Virus record (IMG/VR): IMGVR_UViG_3300046507_000447
Location: 1,903 to 65,902 of that record
Strand: one strand, 5' to 3'
Source: a virus
Taxonomy: Duplodnaviria > Caudoviricetes
DNA: 64,000 nt
How positions within the stretch are numbered: the first letter of the stretch is position 1; every line of letters starts with the position of its first letter. Below are positions 27,422 to 36,211 of the stretch, in pieces. Below the pieces are notes generated by a model. The model was not told the DNA's origin. It was given only the letters and a program-made list of their open reading frames with translations, and did not search any database. The translations under genes were made by a program, and so were the position numbers.

Positions 27422-28029
27422 CGCGCGTAATTCGGCCGTTTGTCGCCATGCTGGACGATCGTGAATTCCTTGCAGTCTGTTTCGGCGGCCGGATCATCCT
27501 GGTCGAAATACTTGCGGCAGAAACCAGGGGTCTTCGCGGACTGCTCATCGCGTGCTTTAGCCCGACCGCAGCAAGCGCAAAAGGGATCGTGGCCGGGTTC
27601 CGGTTTGAGCGCAGCTTCTTCCTCGTAGCGCTTGCCGCAGAACGGGCAATGCGACGCCTGGACAGCGACGGCCTTCATTTTACCCCGGCCCTTCTCGATC
27701 TGCTCGGTTCCGATATAGGGCGTCGAGCCCAGGCCGTCCTTATCGAGGGTGATCAGCATCTGGATCCGCGTGTTGCGCTCAGCCAGGAGACCATTGAATT
27801 TTTCCATGCAGTTGCAGGTCATGGCTGAGCTTCCACTTTGTGCGCAGTGATCCGGAAGGGGCCGAAAGCGAAAACCCATTTTCCCGGCTTGCTTCTGACG
27901 ACGCCAGCTCTCCAGCTCGTCGGGAAGATTACAAGTCCAATTCCATAGTGCGACATCTGTTTGTCCTTTCGGGGTATTGGCGGCCGGCTTATCTGGGCCA
28001 GGGGTGGGTAAAGCCGGCCGCCTTCTCAT
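27418..28029 (-). CDS. Cys-rich zinc-binding protein (possible internal start MTCNC at about 27822)
   Basis: CNC...CPFCG...CACC. Confidence 0.55.
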   Translation of the reverse strand: MRRRPALPTPGPDKPAANTPKGQTDVALWNWTCNLPDELESWRRQKQAGKMGFRFRPLPDHCAQSGSSAMTCNCMEKFNGLLAERNTRIQMLITLDKDGLGSTPYIGTEQIEKGRGKMKAVAVQASHCPFCGKRYEEEAALKPEPGHDPFCACCGRAKARDEQSAKTPGFCRKYFDQDDPAAETDCKEFTIVQHGDKRPNYAR

Positions 28030-28044
28030 CGGCTAGAAAGGGCT

Positions 28045-29499
28045 CTAGTCTTTCTTGGCCGAGGATAGGTTGAATTCGGCGATCTGTTTCGTGGCGCGGG
28101 CGATGGACGTTTCCACCTCGGAAGAGATGATCGCGAGAGCGATAGAGGGCGACAGGCCGTCTTGCTCAGCCATTTCTACCAATTCGTTGATCGCTTTTCG
28201 AGCCTCGACATGCGCTTCCACGGTGTGTTTGCACATGCGCTCGCAGATCTTCTTCGTCGTCGCTGCAAAGCTATCGAGGGTGAGCGGGTCTCGTTCTGCG
28301 GTATCCATTTTCACGCCTTCCGCGAACGCTTTGTAGGGATCCACCGGCAGTTCGTCGCTAACTGTTTCGAGGGTGAATTGAGGAACATTGCCGAGAAACT
28401 TGTCGCCGGAATAAAGACCGCTCGGGCCGAAGAGGATCTTGGCCGAGGGGCCTTTGACCTGATAGCCCATGCCGAGAACCGGATCCATGGAGACCTTGCG
28501 TTCGGGCGGCGCGGTTACGGCCTTGAGCCATTCCTTAACCCGGATTTCGTATTCGGCCCCCGAAAGTGGGGTTTCAAGTACCCGTGCTGTAGCGCGATCG
28601 AGTTCAACGCGGCGAGGCGCGTCGGTATCCAGCGAGAGGTGCCACGCCGGGTTAAACTTTTTACCGTGGACAATGAATTCCATGCCGTCCCAGCAGGCGT
28701 ACTTGTCCCCAGGTTCGACAATGCATTCATTTAAGCGCTCGACAAAGACAAAGCCGGCCTTTGTGAGCCGCATGAAATCGCCATCACGTTCGACAAGTTT
28801 GCGATGAACTAAACGCTCGCCTCCTATGCCAAAAAGCCTATAGAAAATGTTTGTCATTAGCTGCCCGGTACGACCGCCGTAGAGATGCAACAGGCCGTGG
28901 GTCGCGCTCTCCGGGAAGCGCCAGACCTCGCCGGAAGAGATCTTTTCCTGGTGCTCCTGCTCTTTGGCCTTCTCCTCGGCGAGCGCCGCATCCGCAGTTT
29001 CAATCCGTTCAATCAGCGTCAGCCGGTCGAGGATGTGCTGGTCGATACGATCGAGGACATAGCGATACTGGCTCGGGTGGGCCAGTGTGATTTTCTGTAG
29101 CTTGCATTCGGTATTGATCTGCTCAAACAGCGCTTTGAACATGCCGAGTTCTGGGCCTTCCAATTCGCGCGCGGATCTCCAAATGCTTCGGAACCGGTCG
29201 AGGTATTCTGTCGATTTGATCACACGCTCCGGGGCTATCCGGGCAGCTCGTCGGGCGAGGTTGCGCAGAATGTCGCGGTTGCGCACTGCCGCAAAATGTG
29301 GCCAGCGGTCGCCGAGCTGGATGAAATTGAGCTTTTCACGCGGCGGCAGAGGCGGAATTTTCGTGTCGGTGATCTCGGGCTTGTCGAGAACCTTGCGCAC
29401 GGCCTCCCGGATGGTCTCGGCCAGGGCGTTCATGTTCGCGATCATTTCGTCGGTCCAGACCCTAATGGCCGGCTCAATCGATATCGTTACTTTCGCCAT
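28045..29499 (-). CDS. Hypothetical protein, 484 aa
   Basis: Long ORF with AGGAG RBS. Confidence 0.75.
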   Translation of the reverse strand: MAKVTISIEPAIRVWTDEMIANMNALAETIREAVRKVLDKPEITDTKIPPLPPREKLNFIQLGDRWPHFAAVRNRDILRNLARRAARIAPERVIKSTEYLDRFRSIWRSARELEGPELGMFKALFEQINTECKLQKITLAHPSQYRYVLDRIDQHILDRLTLIERIETADAALAEEKAKEQEHQEKISSGEVWRFPESATHGLLHLYGGRTGQLMTNIFYRLFGIGGERLVHRKLVERDGDFMRLTKAGFVFVERLNECIVEPGDKYACWDGMEFIVHGKKFNPAWHLSLDTDAPRRVELDRATARVLETPLSGAEYEIRVKEWLKAVTAPPERKVSMDPVLGMGYQVKGPSAKILFGPSGLYSGDKFLGNVPQFTLETVSDELPVDPYKAFAEGVKMDTAERDPLTLDSFAATTKKICERMCKHTVEAHVEARKAINELVEMAEQDGLSPSIALAIISSEVETSIARATKQIAEFNLSSAKKD

Positions 29500-29955
29500 T
29501 CGTTTCTCCTATTAGTTAGCCATTCGGCTAAGTTTGACATGATGCGGCAGGATCCAGGCTGGCTTCCAAGCCTTTTTGGATGAGATGCCGGATAGCTTCG
29601 GTCTCAGTCGAAAAACGATGCTGGTGGCGATAGATCGAGATCGTCTCGGCCATTTCAGTCGAGATCGCGACCAGTTTTTTGACCGGGTGAGCGGGCTCAG
29701 GTTTCATCGTCTTCTATCCACTCCTGCAAGCTCTCTTCCGGATCGTTTTCACGACCCCATTCTTCGGCCTCTTTGCGACTGTTGAAAGCTTGCGGCGACC
29801 GAAAACAGACCGGGCCGATATCCGCTTCCCAGCAATCAATGAGCCATTCGCCAGCAGCAGAAAATATGCCTTCATTGGGATCCCAACAAACGGCAACAGC
29901 GTAGATCCGGCCGGGTTTTTTCCGGTTGAGCGTCTGTGCTTTCGGCTGCTCGGGT

Positions 29956-30813
29956 TTATCCACCATCGGCCTTCCCCAGGATCGCGCGCAGAAGACGGGT
30001 GTACCAGCCGTCGGTGCTTTCTTGCGGCCCCCACTCGCCGCCACCGTCCACGGTCTGCGGTTCCATCTCGACAATGGACAGCATTTCCTCGATCTCTTCT
30101 CGATTGAAGCCGGCCGGGAGTGGGGGTTCCACCCTTGCCTGGGGTGATGGTACTGCCTTGAGCAAGCTCAAGGCGTATTCCAGCCTCCCGTCACGGGCGT
30201 AGTCGTTGATGTCCATCTCCCCCATGGCGCGGCTATCCTCCTTCCAAGGATCGCCGTCATGCGTGTAGGCCAGGTAATCTTGAATCGTTTCGACGGCGGC
30301 CGCTAACGCGCTGCGAAGCATGTCGGCTTCAGCGTCATCGGAAGCACGGCAGACGTCGGCCGCCATCACATGTGAAACGGGTGGGGGCTCTTCCATTTTC
30401 GCCATCCGGTTCAGCGCGCCGCGTATCGAGGCGATGCGTCGCGGGTGGGTCTCGCCGCCTTCCTCGATCCACGAGAGCTGGCAATGCGCGATCTGGGCTT
30501 CCTCGGCCGGCGTTAGCGGGCCGACGAGCGTGCTGGTCTCGGCTTCAAGCTGGCGCTTGGACCACGTCAGACCGACATCTCGATAGCCGTATTTCTCGAT
30601 CGCCCTTTTCATGGCGTGGAGAATGTAAAACGGTCTGTTGATATCGGAAAATCCCCCCAGCTCGTTGCCCTGAAGCTCGGCCCAGAGGATCTCGACATCA
30701 GCCAGGATCGACTTACGTTCCTCGTCGGTGAACAGGATTGGGTACGGTCGATCGGTCATCGGTTCTCTCTTTTCGAAATGGCGAATTTTCAACCCAGAAC
30801 AACCAGAAGTCAT
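29956..30813 (-). CDS. Hypothetical mosaic protein
   Basis: Long ORF in operon orientation; likely start MTDRPY. Confidence 0.6.
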   Translation of the reverse strand: MTSGCSGLKIRHFEKREPMTDRPYPILFTDEERKSILADVEILWAELQGNELGGFSDINRPFYILHAMKRAIEKYGYRDVGLTWSKRQLEAETSTLVGPLTPAEEAQIAHCQLSWIEEGGETHPRRIASIRGALNRMAKMEEPPPVSHVMAADVCRASDDAEADMLRSALAAAVETIQDYLAYTHDGDPWKEDSRAMGEMDINDYARDGRLEYALSLLKAVPSPQARVEPPLPAGFNREEIEEMLSIVEMEPQTVDGGGEWGPQESTDGWYTRLLRAILGKADGG

Positions 30814-30903
30814 AACGCGGCTCTTCGGCCGGCGTCAGCTTGGCGTCCTCGCGAATGCGGTATCGTTCGGCGTCACTCAGGTTTTTGGCCACGGGAGTCG
30901 GCA

Positions 30904-31176
30904 TCAGAACATCTCCTCGTAGATGTGCCAGACGAACGGCAACATGATAACCGAGCCGATATGCTGCGTGGCGGCAGCGGGGATAGGCTGGCCTGTCCCG
31001 ACGATGTAGAACGTGCGCGTGGTACGGTCCTGCTCTTCAGTATCGACTTCGAACCAGAGAGAGATCTTTTCCGAATACCTCGTGTCCTGGCCCAGGTTGA
31101 TGAACTTCGCGCCGCGCGGAAGTTCGAGCTGGAAAGCGTGCGCGAGTTCGACAGGGTATTTGAAGATCGTTCTCAT
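30904..31176 (-). CDS. Hypothetical phage protein
   Basis: MRTIFKYP...LPRGA...LW.EVD...GTG....HIGS...VWHIYE. Confidence 0.7.
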   Translation of the reverse strand: MRTIFKYPVELAHAFQLELPRGAKFINLGQDTRYSEKISLWFEVDTEEQDRTTRTFYIVGTGQPIPAAATQHIGSVIMLPFVWHIYEEMF

Positions 31177-31730
31177 GCGAGGTTCTCATGCGCGTCGAGC
31201 GCGGCTTGCAGGTTCAAGAACACCTGATCGTCGCCACCCTTCTCGACCTTCCACGCGCGGATCTCGTTGATTGCTGCCTGGAGCAGCGAGCGCGTCACCA
31301 GGATCGACGGATCGTGGGGTTCGCTTCCCTCGGCCATGGCCTTGAGCGTGTCATGCGAAGGGCCGACGAGCTTGTCCGGATCGCCGCCGAACGCACGGAT
31401 GACCTGCCGCCAAACATCGTCAAGAGTGCGACGATGGACATTGCGCAATGGCCGGTTCTGGACCTGCTCATTCCAGCGCTGGACGGCCCAATCGAGCACA
31501 GATATCGGCGGTTGCGGCCATTCGCCGTCATCCGTCTCCACACGATACCGGATCCAGCCCGTGTCATCGATCTCGATATGCGTCACACGTTCTTTGTTGA
31601 GCAGCTCGCCGGCTCGCGGCAAAACCTCCAGCGCAAAGCGGCGAACCGTCATCTGCCCGGTAAAACCGCGCGGCATTTCATCGACACGGGTCATTTGTTG
31701 GTCGGCAACGGCCCAGGCTGTCTTGGTCAT
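31173..31730 (-). CDS. Hypothetical protein
   Basis: ATGA coupling on both sides. Confidence 0.65.
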   Translation of the reverse strand: MTKTAWAVADQQMTRVDEMPRGFTGQMTVRRFALEVLPRAGELLNKERVTHIEIDDTGWIRYRVETDDGEWPQPPISVLDWAVQRWNEQVQNRPLRNVHRRTLDDVWRQVIRAFGGDPDKLVGPSHDTLKAMAEGSEPHDPSILVTRSLLQAAINEIRAWKVEKGGDDQVFLNLQAALDAHENLA

Positions 31731-32125
31731 GCGAGTTTCCTTTCGAGACGGTCGGAGAGGGGCTTCAAGGCGTTGTCCCAGATCTCAAGTGCTAGAGGAT
31801 TGTCGGAATGGTCGGCGATCACGTCGTAACCGTCATTGCCGTAGATGAGCCGGAACCAGCCGCACGCGCCAATTTCGTCGGGGAGGTGGACGGACAGCAC
31901 GTCCTCCTCTGTCGAATACATCGCTTTGAGGATGTGGTGATAGCGCTGCGAGCGCGTAACGACGGTTTCCTCGCCGTCGTTGATCGAAACCTGGAGTCCG
32001 CGCGCTATACAGGCTTTGATGAGACAGGAGACCATGCGACGCTCGGCGTCGATACGGCGGGCGAGAGCCCAGGCCTTGTCCTTTTGCGCGGCTTTATAGG
32101 CGCGCTGGAAGTCGTTCATACTCAT
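31727..32125 (-). CDS. Hypothetical phage protein
   Basis: DGEE...LIYGNDGYDVIAD motif; first gene after the promoter at 32165-32193. Confidence 0.7.
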   Translation of the reverse strand: MSMNDFQRAYKAAQKDKAWALARRIDAERRMVSCLIKACIARGLQVSINDGEETVVTRSQRYHHILKAMYSTEEDVLSVHLPDEIGACGWFRLIYGNDGYDVIADHSDNPLALEIWDNALKPLSDRLERKLA

Positions 32126-32164
32126 TCGACTAGAGCCTTTCGAATGTCGTTGGATGCAGCTCCG

Positions 32165-32203
32165 GTTCTAGGCAACAGATAGTTGGGTGTCAACTGATAA
32201 TTG
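32165..32203 (-). promoter_or_regulatory. Leftward sigma70-like promoter with two CAAC-N5-GTTG-type operators
   Basis: TTGACA-17nt-TAGAAC; operators at 32173-32185 and 32191-32203 (second has one mismatch). Confidence 0.65.
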
Positions 32204-32205
32204 GG

Positions 32206-32234
32206 CTTGCAAACAGCTTTCCACACGCCTATAT
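32206..32234 (+). promoter_or_regulatory. Rightward rhizobial-type sigma70 promoter
   Basis: CTTGCA-17nt-CTATAT, close to the rhizobial CTTGAC-N17-CTATAT consensus. Confidence 0.7.
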
Positions 32235-32240
32235 CCATTC

Positions 32241-32638
32241 TCGTTGCAGCCGCAATCTGTGACAAGAATGACCTTTCGGGGATAACGGCTCAGGGCTCCA
32301 ACCTGGGCCGTTTCCTTTTTATAGAAGCTGCCGCTCGGGTAAGAGTATCTGCTTCCGTACCCGGAAACCCTCGCGCCTTTGACCTGGAGCGAGGGTTTTT
32401 GCTTTTTATAGAGGTCGATCCTAGCATGGAAGGGAGCGACTCTCTCATGCAGAAATGTAGCGTCGATCGAGGGTCATCCGCCACCCAATGCATGGGGCGG
32501 TTGGACGGGAACGGCAGCATGGCGGGTTCGATCCCCGTCTGCCCCCTGGGGCAGCGCCAGTCGGAGGCATGCAGCTCTCACGAGGAGCAACACACGGACG
32601 CCTTAAGGCCCTGCACCTGATCAGTGCGGGGCTTTTTG
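32241..32638 (+). ncRNA. Putative structured non-coding RNA unit containing a tRNA-like domain
   Basis: Own promoter and terminator, opposite strand to flanking genes, dense hairpins, T-loop GGTTCGATCCC, no convincing CDS. Confidence 0.55.
32608..32637 (+). terminator. Intrinsic terminator
   Basis: GCCCTGCAC-7nt-GTGCGGGGC followed by TTTTT. Confidence 0.75.
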
Positions 32639-32734
32639 CTATCGACGGTTTCGCCAGATGTAGAGAGCGGCGGCAAGCGCGCAGATGGCCGGCCACACGA
32701 AAAGGCAGACGACGAGGATCTCTCTATCGCCCAT
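32639..32734 (-). CDS. 31-aa single-TM peptide (not in the ORF track)
   Basis: MGDREILVVCLFVWPAICALAAALYIWRNRR*; overlaps the upstream gene end and stops at the terminator. Confidence 0.5.
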   Translation of the reverse strand: MGDREILVVCLFVWPAICALAAALYIWRNRR

Positions 32735-32954
32735 GCCACCCCGGCCAAATGTCGTCGGCGCTTTTGCCGGCCGCCTCGTATCCTCGGATGTAGTCGGCGA
32801 TGCCCGTCAGACCGATCTCCCCGCCGCATATGACGCATTTGCATTTCATGCCGAGGGTGACAGGCGAGGACAGGAATTCATGGCGCGGGCAGGCGTCCAG
32901 GAGAGCCCGGTTATCGGTCACACGCTGCCAGAGTCCGTCTGGGATCCTGGTCAT
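32724..32954 (-). CDS. Small zinc-binding hypothetical protein
   Basis: C..H...C..CGG. Confidence 0.6.
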   Translation of the reverse strand: MTRIPDGLWQRVTDNRALLDACPRHEFLSSPVTLGMKCKCVICGGEIGLTGIADYIRGYEAAGKSADDIWPGWHGR

Positions 32955-33184
32955 TGAACCGTGTGATCGTTGACGCCGGGGATCTTATCCAGCTCGAAAT
33001 ACATTTTGCTGACGGGATCCTGCGTGATGAGCGTGGCCGGGTGCGCGGTGAAGCGCATGTTCGAGCGGCGGACGGTGCCCATGCTGGTGAAGATCCAGAA
33101 GACCCCGTATTCGATGATGTCGATCGCGTGCGCCGGCCCGGTATCGAGCCGCATGGTGGCGCGCCTGGGCCGCTCATCGCTCAT
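32951..33184 (-). CDS. Hypothetical protein
   Basis: ATGA coupling. Confidence 0.55.
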   Translation of the reverse strand: MSDERPRRATMRLDTGPAHAIDIIEYGVFWIFTSMGTVRRSNMRFTAHPATLITQDPVSKMYFELDKIPGVNDHTVQ

Positions 33185-33438
33185 GCTGCGGACTGCTGAC
33201 GTTCGGTCACACGGATTTGCCCGTAGACCTTTGGCATGAACACGCCGTCGCGCTTCTCCTGCGCCCAGCCGGCCGTGATGTCATAGGCGATGCAGTTGGG
33301 AATATGGACCTCGTCGCAGAAGACCTTGTCCACCTTCAGGCAGGCCTCGCGATCGTAGAAGGGGGAGAGCTTGGATGCGGAGAGCCTTGTCGGCAGGGAG
33401 CCGCTCAGGTTTGGCGATTTTGAAAAATCCGATCTCAT
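33181..33438 (-). CDS. Hypothetical protein
   Basis: ATGA coupling. Confidence 0.55.
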   Translation of the reverse strand: MRSDFSKSPNLSGSLPTRLSASKLSPFYDREACLKVDKVFCDEVHIPNCIAYDITAGWAQEKRDGVFMPKVYGQIRVTERQQSAA

Positions 33439-33569
33439 TCGCTCAATTTCCTATTTTGGAAAGGGGCGGCAATCGATTGGACCATTTTCGTTTTGGCAAC
33501 TTCACTGGTTTATCGATTGCCGCTGGACGTGCGATGCGTGATCGCCCGCCTGACGCGAAAGGATTAATC

Positions 33570-34073
33570 TCAAGGAGCGTCGAGCGCAACCTGGATCTGG
33601 GCAGTTTCGCACGCCGGGTTTTCCGGCAGGGCGTTATCCACACGATCGTTCACCCAGGCATTGCGGCAAACTTCCGTGGCGGCGAGCTTGAGCTGCTCGA
33701 CCATGCGTGTTTTGTCCGGAGCATCCATGGTCTGCTGGACGCTGCCCACGTTCATTTTTTCAACATCAATGAGGGCTTGATAGACGACCCTGGCGCAGCG
33801 ATCGAGCTTCTTCCCATCGGCAAGAGCGAGGTTGGCGAAGCAATCGGAGTTGGCAGTCGTGCGCCGAGAAGCTGGCTCGGGGAGCTGGGCGGCGATATCT
33901 GTGACAACGGTAGCAACATGATCATTCCCTGCGCTGACGACGCGAAGCTCGCGATCGACCGGTTGGACGGAAGCCCAGAGTTCGCTCGGGCTGGAATAGG
34001 TGGATATCAGGCCGAAGGTCATGGTGGCAAGAACTGGTGCAGCGACCAGGGCGATGACGCGATGCATAGGCAT
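33570..34073 (-). CDS. Membrane-anchored or exported Cys-containing protein
   Basis: GGAGG RBS before MPMHRVIALVAAPVLATMTFGLI; four Cys in the soluble part. Confidence 0.6.
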   Translation of the reverse strand: MPMHRVIALVAAPVLATMTFGLISTYSSPSELWASVQPVDRELRVVSAGNDHVATVVTDIAAQLPEPASRRTTANSDCFANLALADGKKLDRCARVVYQALIDVEKMNVGSVQQTMDAPDKTRMVEQLKLAATEVCRNAWVNDRVDNALPENPACETAQIQVALDAP

Positions 34074-34461
34074 CCTCCGTTCGAATAGCGGCGCAAGCGA
34101 CTCGCGCCTCAAATTCGCCTTGCCGCTCGGATTACCGCGTGTGTGATCTGCTGGCAATGCCATCTGGTGCCCCTCTCATGAGCATTCACAGCGTCTGTCT
34201 GTGTACTCAATTCTGGCCGGCGCTTTTCGAAAACGGGAACCGGCGAGGTTGCCAGGGCGACGGCCGTTCAAAATCGGGAACCGGCGAGCTTTTTAGGGGG
34301 AAGCCCAAAAAACGGCCGATCCCTGTCCAGGCAATAAACGATTATGCGCGCAAAAAGTTTCCTGGTCGAGGGGAACGAAAATTTCCCCGCGCGAAAATCT
34401 TTCCCGCTCGCGTCACGTTATAACATTACGTTACGTTATAAAGTTACATTGCCCTGGTAGT

Positions 34462-34490
34462 GAAAAGCCCGGAAGGCGATCCGGGCTTTC
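34462..34490 (-). terminator. Intrinsic terminator closing the terminal early operon
   Basis: AAAGCCCGGA-loop-TCCGGGCTTTTC directly after the stop at 34496. Confidence 0.7.
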
Positions 34491-34495
34491 GATTT

Positions 34496-34726
34496 CTATT
34501 CCTTGTCGCGACCCGTGTATTTGTCGAAACGTTCTGACGTTCGCGGCATAGCCATGCGGCAAGCCCATATCAGGCCGCCCCCGAATATCGCTCCTGGTAA
34601 GCCGTTTGCTAGATACTGCCAGACTGTGACGCCTATACAGCCGATCATTGCGAGCCGTGCCACATGGAATTGGAGAAGCCAATTGGCGATATCGAGCCCG
34701 ATTTCATCATGCTCGTGTTTCTTCAT
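34496..34726 (-). CDS. Small membrane protein
   Basis: Two hydrophobic segments; ATGA-coupled start MKKHEH. Confidence 0.55.
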   Translation of the reverse strand: MKKHEHDEIGLDIANWLLQFHVARLAMIGCIGVTVWQYLANGLPGAIFGGGLIWACRMAMPRTSERFDKYTGRDKE

Positions 34727-34971
34727 GCCTTGCGCTCGATTAGGAAAAGATAGGTCTGACAATCGGCTTGCCACGGGTATTCCTGCCAAGCGTCATGCAT
34801 CTTGCGGAACCCCGCGTCTTCGCACGAGACGCAAGAAGCCGACATGACGCCTTGCCGCTTACGGAATGCGTTCACCTGGACAACGTCGTCGCTATCCAGG
34901 CCCGAACTATCCCCGTTGACAAAATGCGAGGCCCAATAGGACGGCGCGACTAGTTCAAGCTTATCAAACAT
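34723..34971 (-). CDS. Hypothetical early protein
   Basis: AAGGAG RBS; P..WAS..VNGD.SGL motif. Confidence 0.7.
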   Translation of the reverse strand: MFDKLELVAPSYWASHFVNGDSSGLDSDDVVQVNAFRKRQGVMSASCVSCEDAGFRKMHDAWQEYPWQADCQTYLFLIERKA

Positions 34972-34994
34972 CGGTTTTTGCTCCTTACGTTAAA

Positions 34995-35033
34995 CCGGAA
35001 AAGCGCCGCCGGTTGCCCGTGGCGCTTTCCTTG
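34995..35033 (-). repeat. Intergenic GCAA-tetraloop hairpin, copy 1
   Basis: Near-identical to 35807-35845. Confidence 0.75.
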
Positions 35034-35040
35034 TCTCGCG

Positions 35041-35286
35041 TTAGGCCTGGGACTCGAAGACGACTTTGCGCCCTCCGCGCGCGCCTATGACGATCACGAA
35101 ACGGGACTCGGTATTGTCCCAGGAACTATTGACCATGGCGCTTGTGACGTCGTTCGCCTTGTATGGTTGCGCCTTGCGGTATTCTTCAATGGCGCGCCGG
35201 ACGGAATGCATCCGCGACCCGGCATTAGCTTCCCTGGAAAAAATGCAGGTCTTTCCTGCAAAGAGGTCCGTGCGATAGCAGGTCAT
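35041..35286 (-). CDS. Hypothetical early protein
   Basis: ATGA coupling. Confidence 0.55.
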   Translation of the reverse strand: MTCYRTDLFAGKTCIFSREANAGSRMHSVRRAIEEYRKAQPYKANDVTSAMVNSSWDNTESRFVIVIGARGGRKVVFESQA

Positions 35287-35768
35287 GCTTTGCCGCCTTC
35301 AAAACCCGCGTGGATTTCTTCGCGGCGAGCGACAGCGGCGGCCAAACATTCGGAGGCTAGATCGCTAGCGACATTCGAAAGATAAGCATTATCGGAACCC
35401 GGCCAATTCGTATCAATGCACCATAGGGCGTAGTCGTATTGCCCGGTCAGTTCTATGTCGCCCTTGCGCCCTGTAAATGCTTGGACGCAAACCCCCGCCC
35501 AAACCATGCCGCCGCGCTTGTATGAATTCATTACCTTGCGCGCGTCGTCCGCCTGTTTTTCGAAGGGGACCGTCGGTTCTTCCCCTATATAGCCGTTGTC
35601 TTTCGGATCTTTGGACGGCCAAAAACCGTCAATCTCCTTATCCGGCGCGCCCGCGTCAGTGTCGTGAACAATGGTCGCGATAAAACGGATTCCATCGTGC
35701 GTCGCTTCGATCTGCATCCCGTCGCGGATTTTCCCTTTGATGATAGGAAATTCGATATTCGTTGTCAT
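35283..35768 (-). CDS. Hypothetical early protein
   Basis: GGAG RBS before MTTNIEFP. Confidence 0.65.
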   Translation of the reverse strand: MTTNIEFPIIKGKIRDGMQIEATHDGIRFIATIVHDTDAGAPDKEIDGFWPSKDPKDNGYIGEEPTVPFEKQADDARKVMNSYKRGGMVWAGVCVQAFTGRKGDIELTGQYDYALWCIDTNWPGSDNAYLSNVASDLASECLAAAVARREEIHAGFEGGKA

Positions 35769-35806
35769 AGGGCTTGCTCCAAAATCCCGTTGATATCGGC
35801 ATGAGG

Positions 35807-35845
35807 CCGGGAAAGCGCCAACGGTTGCCCGTGGCGCTTGCCTTG
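35807..35845 (-). repeat. Intergenic GCAA-tetraloop hairpin, copy 2
   Basis: AAGCGCCACGG-GCAA-CCGTTGGCGCTTT on the minus strand. Confidence 0.75.
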
Positions 35846-35847
35846 CA

Positions 35848-36210
35848 TCACACATTGCCGGTTAGACGCCTAAGCGCCTCATCCGCCGACATGGAGTCCA
35901 GTAGGCTTTCGACTTCCTCGCGTTTGCGGTTTTCGATTTCAGCCGCTTTGCGCCGCAACTCATTATCGGCAAGCCTTGCCGTGTTTCCGACAACGGTTTG
36001 CGCCGGGTCCACGCGGAAATAGAGCCACACTTCGCGCCCTGCCTTATCGACAAGCGTCAGTGTCCCAGATGGCTTAACTATCGCGGAATAGCCGTGGTTT
36101 GAAATGAGCCGGTTTGCAGTGTCGATATTGAGCGGGCCGCCAAAGCTACCGCTCATGACCTTTGTGGAGTCCGCGCCGAAAAGGCGAGTTTGATAGGCGA
36201 CGCTAGTCAT
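35848..36210 (-). CDS. Hypothetical early protein
   Basis: Tiles the operon. Confidence 0.65.
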   Translation of the reverse strand: MTSVAYQTRLFGADSTKVMSGSFGGPLNIDTANRLISNHGYSAIVKPSGTLTLVDKAGREVWLYFRVDPAQTVVGNTARLADNELRRKAAEIENRKREEVESLLDSMSADEALRRLTGNV

Positions 36211-36211
36211 T

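Noticed and set aside
32494-32549. Canonical tRNA or tmRNA gene
   Set aside because: No anticodon arm, no CCA, no G3-U70 pair and no tag reading frame; kept only as a tRNA-like domain
32201-32620. 139-aa plus-strand ORF
   Set aside because: Its TTG start lies upstream of the predicted promoter, has no RBS, and the composition is atypical; the internal ATG at 32426 cannot be fully excluded
16178-34208. TGTGTACTC at about 16178, 18082 and 34200 as a late-promoter motif
   Set aside because: Only three short copies, inconsistent orientation relative to downstream genes, and none noticed before the head or tail operons
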